Shown here in pieces: positions 1 through 7,612 of a stretch of DNA of 10,654 nucleotides (position 1 is the stretch's first letter; each line of letters starts with the position of its first letter). A program made the translations under genes and the position numbers. Under the pieces are notes generated by a model. It was not told the origin of the DNA and made no database searches. It was given only the letters and a program-made list of their open reading frames with translations. Origin of the DNA: Nitrososphaeraceae archaeon (lineage in GTDB: Archaea > Thermoproteota > Nitrososphaeria > Nitrososphaerales > Nitrososphaeraceae); contig JBIOZG010000009.1 in NCBI GenBank assembly GCA_044870765.1, positions 1 through 10,654 on the forward strand, in the 5' to 3' direction.

Positions 1-23
1 TTTTATAGGATATAAAAATACTA

Positions 24-257
24 TTGTTAAAGTTGGACTCAAATTCTGGAAGTGATAATAAAAGAATTTCTACGTCAAAAATTTTCATAAATGGTACATT
101 TCTAGCTCTTATTATAGCATTGCCGGCCATAGTCAGTACTGTTTTATTCCATTACGTTATCAAGACTAATTTGATAGTAACCATCTTTGCTGGAGTCATT
201 ACACTTTTTGTAGCTATGGGTTTTGCATATAAGATCTCTAAAAGACTTTCAATGTAG
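24..257 (+). CDS. Small hypothetical membrane protein (two predicted TM helices, basic C-terminus); paralog of 673..891
   Basis: 77-aa ORF with two hydrophobic stretches (FINGTFLALIIALPAIVSTVLF; LIVTIFAGVITLFVAMGFAY) and a KISKRL tail. Motif-level similarity to the ORF at 673..891 supports both being real. Start uncertain: TTG at 24 or in-frame TTG at 33 (TATA-like TTTTATAG at 1-8). Confidence 0.75.
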   Translation: MLKLDSNSGSDNKRISTSKIFINGTFLALIIALPAIVSTVLFHYVIKTNLIVTIFAGVITLFVAMGFAYKISKRLSM

Positions 258-672
258 CATATGTATTCGTGGTAAGAAAATTTCGACTTCAACTGAATGA
301 AAGACAATAAACAATATATGTTCTGGCGATAACGAATTTCATTTTTACGAGCTATATTTTTTACAGATATCCCTTGCAATAAATTTACGCGCGGTAAAGT
401 CTTTTGATTCAATGATACCTCATCTAGGTTATGAAGCAATTAATATTCAAGAGAAAGAAATTAGTTAGAATTTTGTAACAATGCTTTTTCTGATTTTTTT
501 CTTTATTCTACTATTACAAAATTCATAATGTGAGCGATATACAGTTAAATTATACAATCATTGGAAAATTTTTCATAATTTTTAAGACGTCAATACATAT
601 ATCAGGTCTCAAAAGATTGGATTTTGTCAATTGTCCAGCACAAGTCTAAAGTTTCAGTTTCCTTGTCAAAAA

Positions 673-891
673 ATGGAAAATGTTACGCCAGATATCATGA
701 TCAAGATGGTAAGTGTAAGCGTAATTCTTGCGTTGTTATTTACTGTTCCTGCTTTGGGAATATTTTTGGGAATTTATTGGCATACGGATAATTTAGTGAT
801 AGGGGCCATCATGGGCTTTTCAACACACTTTGTCACCCTAGGATTTGCCCATCCATTATCTCGCTCTATCTCAACTTTTTTTGACAGTTAG
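673..891 (+). CDS. Small hypothetical membrane protein (two predicted TM helices); paralog of 24..257
   Basis: 72 aa from ATG 673 (the ORF track starts at TTG 631; true start uncertain). Hydrophobic hairpin VSVSVILALLFTVPALGIFLGIYW / LVIGAIMGFSTHFVTLGFA. Followed immediately by a hairpin and T-tract. Confidence 0.75.
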   Translation: MENVTPDIMIKMVSVSVILALLFTVPALGIFLGIYWHTDNLVIGAIMGFSTHFVTLGFAHPLSRSISTFFDS

Positions 892-893
892 CT

Positions 894-939
894 GGTCAAG
901 TTAGGTTTATCAGTTTAACTGACCGATCTAGCATTTTTT
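894..939 (+). terminator. Putative terminator: stem-loop plus oligo-T after the 673..891 gene
   Basis: GGTCA(A)GTTA (894-903) pairs with TAACTGACC (916-924) with one bulged A; T6 at 934-939; begins 3 nt after the stop codon. Confidence 0.5.
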
Positions 940-1111
940 GGGCATGAATAAATGAAAATTTTTGATACCTTATTCTGAAATATGCGGAACTGATAGGCGA
1001 GGTCAAAATTCTGCTACGAATTGAGAATTTGTGTTCCTTTTAATAATATCATCTATTATGCACTATCATTAGTTTTGAATTGGGTCCATACATAGAAAAT
1101 TTATCAGGAAA

Positions 1112-1127
1112 TTTTTGAATTCAAAAA
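1112..1127. repeat. Perfect 16-bp palindrome TTTTTGAATTCAAAAA
   Basis: Read directly in the intergenic region upstream of atpC; function unknown. Confidence 0.5.
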
Positions 1128-1156
1128 ACTTTATCTTATAACAGCTACAACATCGA

Positions 1157-1177
1157 TTGATATGAGTTGATATGAGT
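1157..1177. repeat. Tandem 10-bp direct repeat (TTGATATGAG)x2 plus T
   Basis: ttgatatgag-ttgatatgag-t read directly from the sequence. Confidence 0.6.
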
Positions 1178-1326
1178 GCTGTAAAGTACAAATCATGTTC
1201 TTCTTTTTCTACACCCACATTAATTTTGCAGTCAGTAGGACTATAGAAATTTAACTTGATTTAGTTGTATGCTGGTTACTTCGTTTTTTATTAATAAGCA
1301 CATAATAATATGTGATGGTTCTTCAA

Positions 1327-1340
1327 GCAAGGTTAAAATT
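1327..1340 (+). promoter_or_regulatory. Possible BRE/TATA element for atpC
   Basis: GCAAGG-TTAAAATT, with TTAAAA at 1333-1338, about 45 nt before ATG 1383. Position and AT content only. Confidence 0.3.
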
Positions 1341-1382
1341 GATGCAGAATTATTACGTAATGACAGAGGACGTGCCATATCA

Positions 1383-2435
1383 ATGAGCAAGGTAAGCATG
1401 CCAGGAAAAATTTTCGGTACTGTCATGTCTCATGGATTAAAAGGGAGATTGTTAACAAAGAATGAACTCCAGATGTTGACCGAATCAAGGGACATGGATG
1501 AACTAGTAACAAGGATGAAAAATACCGTTTACCTCGATGCGTTGGCCAAGCTCACGAAGCCGTATACTGCAGATAAGATTGAAAACGCGTTGAAAGAATA
1601 TCTCGTGAACACACATTCAAAAATGGTCAACGTTTCAGGTGGAGCCAGAATTATCAGTGCATATTTTGTAAAGCATTTAACGTGGAATTTAAAGATGATT
1701 TTAAAGGGAAAAGCTCTGGGAAAATCCTATGATGAACTGTTGCCGAAGATAAACCTGAGGGCTGAAGAACTAGTAGGTAGACGAGATCTTGTGGTTAAGG
1801 CACTTGTTTCAAAGACATTAGAGGAAGCGGTATCTACTCTTGCTGGTAGCGAATTTGCAGAGGATGTTACCAAAGCGGCTGCTATTTACAAGGATAAAGG
1901 AGATGTCAGGATTTTTGATGTTTACCTAGATCATGTATTCTACCATGATTTGGGTAGGGCGATGAATACTGAATCACAATCATTGGATGCAAAAAACATT
2001 GTCTCTGTTGATATTGATTCTTATAACGTACTTGCAATACTGCGAGGAAAATTTTGGAACCTGCCTGCCGATGACATAAATAATCTCATGGTCGCTAGTA
2101 CTTCGAAGGTAACAAAAGAAACTATACAAAAGATGATAAATGCGGAAAAAATATCAGAGGCAATTGGGGAATTATCCAACACAGTATACAAGGATATTGT
2201 CCCTCAGAATCCGACAAGTGACATAGATTCCATATTACAAATTGAAAAGGGATTTGAAGACATTGCATTAAAGCGAGCATTGTCAGCTTTTAGAACTATG
2301 TTCAGTGTGGGGATTGTACTTGCAGCACTAAAACTTATCATGGTAGAAGTTAGAAATTTGTCAGCAATAGCATCTGGAATTGAACAGAAGATTCCAGGAG
2401 AAACAATATTATCAAAGTTAATTAATGTAAATTAA
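1383..2435 (+). CDS. atpC: A/V-type ATP synthase subunit C (C/d family)
   Basis: About 350 aa with family-typical segments (LKGRLLTKNELQML; WNLKMILKGK; DIDSYNVLAILRGK; EVRNLSAIASGIEQKI) and ATP synthase context. The first 38 codons from ATG 1269 do not resemble the family, so the start is placed at ATG 1383 (alternative ATG 1398). Confidence 0.93.
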   Translation: MSKVSMPGKIFGTVMSHGLKGRLLTKNELQMLTESRDMDELVTRMKNTVYLDALAKLTKPYTADKIENALKEYLVNTHSKMVNVSGGARIISAYFVKHLTWNLKMILKGKALGKSYDELLPKINLRAEELVGRRDLVVKALVSKTLEEAVSTLAGSEFAEDVTKAAAIYKDKGDVRIFDVYLDHVFYHDLGRAMNTESQSLDAKNIVSVDIDSYNVLAILRGKFWNLPADDINNLMVASTSKVTKETIQKMINAEKISEAIGELSNTVYKDIVPQNPTSDIDSILQIEKGFEDIALKRALSAFRTMFSVGIVLAALKLIMVEVRNLSAIASGIEQKIPGETILSKLINVN

Positions 2436-2509
2436 GACCTTCTATTCAATACCACAGATTTTATCACTCACTTATTTCAAGTTTGGATCGGCCTAAAACT
2501 AATAACTAT

Positions 2510-2523
2510 GAAAAATATTTTTC
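2510..2523. terminator. Putative bidirectional oligo-T terminator between convergent atpC and atpI
   Basis: Perfect 14-bp palindrome GAAAAATATTTTTC, 5 nt beyond the atpI stop, giving a T5 tract on each strand. Confidence 0.4.
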
Positions 2524-2528
2524 TGTAT

Positions 2529-4625
2529 CTAACTAGATCGTTTTTCTGGCCAGACAAGATTTGAATAAAGCATCTTTGGAATTAATTTCTTGAATTCAAC
2601 TCCTTCGCCTATATACCATTTTGGAAACCATTCGTAAAGATGTAACCTAATTGTCTGAATATATACAATTAATCCTTCTATAAGCATGATTCCTATGTTG
2701 CCTCCAATCAAAACTGCTAAACCGCCTCCATGCTCGTATGACTGATTGACCGTTACCAAGAGAGCAGCGTGTACCAACAACATAATTCCAAGTCTGGTAT
2801 AACTGATCACATTAGAAAGTACTTCAATTATCCTTACTAGTATGACCTCAATAACAATTCCCATCAATCCTCCTCCTCCTTCATCATGACCATGTTTTGC
2901 AGCGAGTTCTTGTTCTTTTTTTCCTCCGTAAATCATGATTCCCGCAGTTGCAATGATTATAGGAGGGGTGGCTTTGGCAACCAAGTCTACTGTTACCCAG
3001 TCCCCGAATAAATATGTCAACCACGGTACCGGTTCATTATGAGTGACACCAGTTATTCCAAACATACCTATTATATCGTATCCTGAACCTATCGCGGCAA
3101 GTATCAATGCTACTATGGCAAGAAATTGTATTATAGTAGGAATATCATGTGTGAAAACGACAAGTTTGTCTCTTTTGAGGATATCAGCTCTAAGTCTTAG
3201 AAACAATGCCATCAACAAGTGTATGATACCAATAGCAACGGACACTTTCAGTATCTTTATTACCTGTTCAAATGTTAATTCTGAAACATTTAGAGCCCCC
3301 ACTAGCCCATCCAATGGCGCAAATATGGGTGCTAATATAGCGATCTCATCTATGTGAAATCCAAAAAATTCTCCCGTTCCTACCCCTGCAATGCTGGCTG
3401 CTGCACCGCTTGCAGCCAATAATGTTGCCCAAGTCCTTAGACTTCCATTTGCTCTGTACCGTAAGAACATTCCCAATCCAAAAAGCAGAAGGCCATGTCC
3501 CAAATCTGCAAACATAATGCCATAAAAAACGGGCCATACGAAAGCAATTATTGGAGTCGGATCTACTTCACCATAATTAGGAAGTCCCTGAGTCTCAGTT
3601 ATTACTTCAAATGTCTTTGCATACTTGTTATTGAGAAGTAGTGTTGGAAGTTGATTGCTAGAATCCTTATCTAAACTAGCCGGCTCGGCAATAGAGACAT
3701 AACTTTTTGTGAGATTTTTGAACTTTTTCTCCATGCCGTCTGGGATATATCCCTGAATAAGGGCAAAATTCTTTGTTCCTCCTGGCTTTCTAGTTACCTC
3801 CAAAATATCTTTTGTGACCTTAGAGGACTCGTACAATGAAAGTAATTTGGGCAAGAGATTAACTTTTAATTTCTCTATTTTTTTAGTGATCTCTGCAGAT
3901 GCCTTTTCAAGTTCCTTGCATTTCTTTTGGCATTTCTCATGGGCAGAACCAGGATTCTGTGGCAATTCGGGAGGAATCTGAATAGGATGCACATTAAAAC
4001 TTCTAAGAACTTTCATGATTTTTTCAGAATCTTCTTGTGAGCCTATCACAGTAATAGATGATTTCTCATCATTGAGTTTGAGTGGATGTACAATAAGATC
4101 AGTCAGACTATTTTGAATTTCAGTGATATCTTTGGTATTAACGATAAAAATTTCTGCAAAAAATGTCTTCAGACTACGCAATCCGGATAAGTCCATTCGG
4201 AGCTTTGAAGCACTTCCGATTGCGTTCAGGGCATTACGATATTCTTCAAGTTCCTTTTCTATTTGTTGCTGGCTCTTAAGTAACGATATTGGTTCTTCTA
4301 GTACAACTTTACTTTTCATTTCTAATTCAACAATGAAATTTTGAATATCGTCTATCTTGTAATCAGTCTTTTCCTGGGGAGCGCCTTTAAAGAGAGCGGC
4401 CATGACACCAGTTTCAAGGGGTATGCCTAAAGATCTTATAACATCGTCAATCTCTTGAAATAACTTTTGAGCATTTAACAAAAGATCATCAAAGTAAGGA
4501 TTACCATGTTCAGATGGATTCTGCAATGGATGAAACCATTCTAATTCTGCCAATTTACTTACGGCGTCGTGCGTTTCAACCCTTGGCAGAATCAAAGTTG
4601 TCTTTAAGAGTTTGGCCTGTCCCAT
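2529..4625 (-). CDS. atpI: A/V-type ATP synthase subunit I (subunit a)
   Basis: 698 aa; soluble coiled-coil N-terminal half and polytopic C-terminal half. Motifs LPNYGEVDPT, FYGIMFADLGHG, SNVISYTRL (essential Arg) and QTIRLHLYEWF. Confidence 0.97.
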   Translation of the reverse strand: MGQAKLLKTTLILPRVETHDAVSKLAELEWFHPLQNPSEHGNPYFDDLLLNAQKLFQEIDDVIRSLGIPLETGVMAALFKGAPQEKTDYKIDDIQNFIVELEMKSKVVLEEPISLLKSQQQIEKELEEYRNALNAIGSASKLRMDLSGLRSLKTFFAEIFIVNTKDITEIQNSLTDLIVHPLKLNDEKSSITVIGSQEDSEKIMKVLRSFNVHPIQIPPELPQNPGSAHEKCQKKCKELEKASAEITKKIEKLKVNLLPKLLSLYESSKVTKDILEVTRKPGGTKNFALIQGYIPDGMEKKFKNLTKSYVSIAEPASLDKDSSNQLPTLLLNNKYAKTFEVITETQGLPNYGEVDPTPIIAFVWPVFYGIMFADLGHGLLLFGLGMFLRYRANGSLRTWATLLAASGAAASIAGVGTGEFFGFHIDEIAILAPIFAPLDGLVGALNVSELTFEQVIKILKVSVAIGIIHLLMALFLRLRADILKRDKLVVFTHDIPTIIQFLAIVALILAAIGSGYDIIGMFGITGVTHNEPVPWLTYLFGDWVTVDLVAKATPPIIIATAGIMIYGGKKEQELAAKHGHDEGGGGLMGIVIEVILVRIIEVLSNVISYTRLGIMLLVHAALLVTVNQSYEHGGGLAVLIGGNIGIMLIEGLIVYIQTIRLHLYEWFPKWYIGEGVEFKKLIPKMLYSNLVWPEKRSS

Positions 4626-4652
4626 TGTATTGAGTTTTTTGATTATTAATCT

Positions 4653-4668
4653 CCTTAAAATCTTTCCC
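4653..4668 (-). promoter_or_regulatory. Putative archaeal BRE-TATA promoter of atpI
   Basis: Minus strand GGGAAAGA-TTTTAAGG; TTTTAA (4660-4655) is 30-35 nt upstream of ATG 4625; no SD next to the ATG, consistent with a short-leader or leaderless mRNA. Confidence 0.55.
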
Positions 4669-4769
4669 TTTTCTTCGTTTCAAGAATTCAGAAATTACGT
4701 TTTGTAATTACTTCAATTTGACTTACTTTGATATTCTAAATTTGATTTCCACTTGGTTGAGATATGTTC

Positions 4770-4798
4770 TTGCAGCCATTTCACGAAATTGGCTGCAA
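4770..4798 (-). terminator. Stem-loop downstream of atpK (terminator, attenuator or RNA stabiliser)
   Basis: Perfect 9-bp inverted repeat TTGCAGCCA (4770-4778) / TGGCTGCAA (4790-4798) around TTTCACGAAAT, about 60 nt after the atpK stop. Confidence 0.5.
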
Positions 4799-4858
4799 TC
4801 TACTACTTTACGATATCAGCTTTGCCTTTACGAAAAATGTTTTGAGGATTGCTGTTAC

Positions 4859-5191
4859 TCATTGTCCCAAGATGATGAACATCATTACAATACCATAGAT
4901 AGCAATGGATTCTACCATACCGACAAATATGAAGACTCTAGATTGCATTTTTGGATTATCGCTAATCGCGGCTAAACCAGCAGCGCCTACAAATCCCAAA
5001 CCTATTCCTGAACCAGCGGCCGCAAGACCAAATGCCATACCTGCACCAATAAACTTGGCTGATCCTGCATCTGATGTTCCCCCTGTTTCGGCTTGTGCAA
5101 ATGCCCAGTTGTAATACAAGAATAGTATGCTAAAAGTCATAGCAATTGTCAGAAGAATAACACTAGCTTTTTCTCTGTTAACACCCATCAT
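4859..5191 (-). CDS. atpK: A-type ATP synthase subunit K (subunit c, proteolipid); single hairpin with a signal-peptide-like N-terminal extension
   Basis: GxGxG helix (GSGIGLG), loop SDNP, ion-binding Glu in VESIAIYG. Residues 1-32 are basic/hydrophobic and end in AFA|Q. Start ATG 5191 or 5188. Confidence 0.96.
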   Translation of the reverse strand: MMGVNREKASVILLTIAMTFSILFLYYNWAFAQAETGGTSDAGSAKFIGAGMAFGLAAAGSGIGLGFVGAAGLAAISDNPKMQSRVFIFVGMVESIAIYGIVMMFIILGQ

Positions 5192-5214
5192 ACATTGGTT
5201 CGAAATTGAAGGCC

Positions 5215-5228
5215 ATATTTAATTATAA
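5215..5228 (-). promoter_or_regulatory. Putative TATA box of a dedicated atpK promoter
   Basis: Minus strand TTATAATTAAATAT; TTAAATA (5222-5216) is 25-31 nt upstream of ATG 5191, the spacing expected for a leaderless archaeal transcript. Confidence 0.5.
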
Positions 5229-5397
5229 CTAAGAAATTTGCATGATGTCCGAATTCACTGCGTTGTAAATACGGAAAAGAGTTCTAAGTAACCTGTACTA
5301 TCCAATATCATTAAGAGATTCTAATCGATAAAATGTTTCTAACTACTGTAATTGGTCAAAATGTGTTTTGGAACTTGACGAGATTAACTTGTATTAC

Positions 5398-5544
5398 TTA
5401 AACATCCGACAAAGCCTTTTTCTTGTAGGAAGAAATATCTTGTTTTACATCCTGTATCATTGAATCGTGCTCTGATTGTAAATTTTGTTTTGATTTCTTA
5501 AAATACTCTGCAATAATATCAGCCTCCATTTTACTTGCAACCAT
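5398..5544 (-). CDS. Small 48-aa helical protein in the ATP synthase operon, absent from the ORF track; candidate G/H-like peripheral-stalk subunit
   Basis: Manual translation from ATG 5544 to TAA 5400-5398: MVASKMEADIIAEYFKKSKQNLQSEHDSMIQDVKQDISSYKKKALSDV. Starts 18 nt after the atpD stop on the same strand; no Pro or Gly; charged and amphipathic. Alternative start ATG 5529. Confidence 0.72.
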   Translation of the reverse strand: MVASKMEADIIAEYFKKSKQNLQSEHDSMIQDVKQDISSYKKKALSDV

Positions 5545-5562
5545 CAATATGCATTGTTATGT

Positions 5563-6207
5563 CTACTCTATATTCTTTTTCTTATCTAAAACAACTTTTA
5601 CTTTTTTCAGTCTTACAAATTCTTCTCGCTCACGTTCTTCTAATGTTCCCTTAATGAAGGCAATCGCATGCTGATACTGTGGAATTATAACAAATTCAAG
5701 CGCATTGATTAGTTTTTGGGTTTTTTCAAGTTCCTTTGCTAGACTGAAAATAGCATTTTCATATTCGGCTGCTTTACAAATCTGTGGAAGCATATTCTTT
5801 ATCTGTTTAGATGCCTTGTCAACAAATACGTTTGTTTCTGAAAATCCATAAGACAGGTCCTGACCTCCTTGTTTTGTTTTTATCTGGAGTGTGGGGATTT
5901 TCACATCAACGATCCTTCTCACATTAACATTTACTTCCATTATAGCCGGAGTCGAATCTGAAATTGATTCAAGTGTCGATGTTCCCAGTGACATATACGA
6001 ATCATAGACTGCAGAGTAAATATCAGAAAGTGGAGACCAGATATCACCTCTCGTTTTATTAGCCTCTTCTATCATTTCGTCGATTTTTTTTAGTAACACT
6101 TCTCGTTTGTCATCAAGTATTTTGTGAACCATACTGCTAACTTGCAACGATCTCCTTATCTTTATCAGTTCTATTTTCGTTGCAGTAACATTTTTACCAA
6201 ATGACAT
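5563..6207 (-). CDS. atpD: A/V-type ATP synthase subunit D (central stalk)
   Basis: 214 aa; N-terminal ATKIELIKIRRSL...HKILDDKREVL and C-terminal LEKTQKLINALEFVIIP...LEEREREEFVRLKKVK signatures. Confidence 0.97.
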   Translation of the reverse strand: MSFGKNVTATKIELIKIRRSLQVSSMVHKILDDKREVLLKKIDEMIEEANKTRGDIWSPLSDIYSAVYDSYMSLGTSTLESISDSTPAIMEVNVNVRRIVDVKIPTLQIKTKQGGQDLSYGFSETNVFVDKASKQIKNMLPQICKAAEYENAIFSLAKELEKTQKLINALEFVIIPQYQHAIAFIKGTLEEREREEFVRLKKVKVVLDKKKNIE

Positions 6208-6223
6208 TTCGATGTACTAAAGT

Positions 6224-7612
6224 TTACTTGTTTCCCTTATAATACTGCTGAATATGTTTGTCTTTAATTTTAGTTAGTTCCCCTTCTGGTAAAGCAGCCA
6301 ATATATCCCATGCCCTGCTCAGCGTTTCATCCAAATTTCTATTTTCATCAGGACTTTGTTTTAAAAAATGCGTCTCAAAATTATCCCCAGCGTCGAGATA
6401 TTTCAAATCAACTCCGGTTAAACCCGCCTTTCCTACAATCTCTGCCAGTGCTCTGACCTCTTGCGCTCTAGAATAAGCATCGTATAATTGATTGCCAACT
6501 TCCATATGATCTGATCTGGTTTTTCCTTCTCCAACACCATCCTTCATTAATCTAGAAAGTGACATCATAACATTGACCGGTGGATATATTCCCTTTCTGA
6601 AAAGGTCTCTTCCCAGGACCACTTGTCCTTCCGTAATGTAACCAGTCAAATCAGGTATAGGATGTGTAATGTCATCTGCGGGCATTGATAATATGGGCAT
6701 TTGAGTAACACTTCCGCTCTTTCCCTTAATTCTCCCTGCTCGCTCATAATTATTTGCCAAGTCAGTATAGAGATATCCAGGATATCCTTTCCTTCCAGGA
6801 ACTTCTTCCCTAGCGGCGCTAATTTCCCTGAGGGCTTCTGCATAATTGGTCATATCAGTTAGTATTGCCAATACATGCATACCTAGATCAAATGCAAGAT
6901 ACTCAGCAACAGTCAAGGCCACCCTTGGAGTTATGATTCTTTCAATTGCAGGGTCATCTGCAAGATTAATAAATAAAACACTTCTTCTCAAAGCACCTGA
7001 TTCCTCCAAGCTCCTTTTGAAGTATTGCGCTTCAGAGTACTGAACACCAATAGCCGCAAATACTACAGCAAAGTCTTCGTTGGTCCCTACAACTGTAGCT
7101 TGTCGCGCAATTTGTGCCGCCAATATATTATGTGACATTCCAGAGCCCGAAAAAATAGGCAACTTTTGACCCCTGACAAGTGTCAGCATTCCGTCAATAA
7201 CAGATACTCCGGTTTGAATGAATGAAGTTGGATATTCTCGGCTCTGCGGATTCATCGGCTCTCCGTTCACGTCAAGGAATTTATCAGCAACAGGATCAGG
7301 TAAGCCATCATTTGGTCTGCCAAGCCCATCGAATACTCGTCCAAGAAGTTCTTGGGATACCGGCATGGTCATAGTTTTTCCGAGAAATTTTACTTTTGTT
7401 CCAGTTATAGCCAGTCCCGTTGTTCCTTCAAAAACCTGAACTACTGCTTTGCCGTATCCTATTTCCAGAACTTTTCCTAATCTTCTTTCACCCTCATTTG
7501 TTTCAATTTCCACAAGTTCGTCAAATGATGCTTTGGTTACACCATCTACTATCATAAGTGGTCCTTTTATTTCAGCAATTTTCGTATATTCTATTCCAGT
7601 GGTTTTAGACAG
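6224..7612 (-). CDS. atpB: A/V-type ATP synthase subunit B (non-catalytic), probably initiated at CTG 7612
   Basis: Motifs [48 protein letters not shown] and [18 protein letters not shown]. The frame is open 19 codons upstream of ATG 7555, encodes the conserved [12 protein letters not shown] segment and begins at a CTG with SD GAGGAGGT 8 nt upstream (462 aa in total). Confidence 0.97.
   Translation of the reverse strand: MSKTTGIEYTKIAEIKGPLMIVDGVTKASFDELVEIETNEGERRLGKVLEIGYGKAVVQVFEGTTGLAITGTKVKFLGKTMTMPVSQELLGRVFDGLGRPNDGLPDPVADKFLDVNGEPMNPQSREYPTSFIQTGVSVIDGMLTLVRGQKLPIFSGSGMSHNILAAQIARQATVVGTNEDFAVVFAAIGVQYSEAQYFKRSLEESGALRRSVLFINLADDPAIERIITPRVALTVAEYLAFDLGMHVLAILTDMTNYAEALREISAAREEVPGRKGYPGYLYTDLANNYERAGRIKGKSGSVTQMPILSMPADDITHPIPDLTGYITEGQVVLGRDLFRKGIYPPVNVMMSLSRLMKDGVGEGKTRSDHMEVGNQLYDAYSRAQEVRALAEIVGKAGLTGVDLKYLDAGDNFETHFLKQSPDENRNLDETLSRAWDILAALPEGELTKIKDKHIQQYYKGNK

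Noticed and set aside
152-439. 95-aa minus-strand ORF
   Set aside because: Overlaps antisense to the better-supported membrane ORF at 24..257; no recognisable motifs.
1269-1382. 38-codon N-terminal extension of atpC in the ORF track
   Set aside because: Does not resemble subunit C and contains a TATA-like element; family-like sequence begins near ATG 1383/1398.
1241-1426. 61-aa minus-strand ORF
   Set aside because: Antisense overlap with the atpC start; no recognisable protein features.
3043-4344. ORFs 3043..3357(+), 3346..3537(-) and 4123..4344(+)
   Set aside because: Shadow or alternate frames within atpI.
4718-5114. Plus-strand ORFs 4718..4975 and 4905..5114 (Pro/Ala-rich)
   Set aside because: Antisense to atpK; the Pro/Ala richness mirrors the Gly/Ala codons of subunit c.
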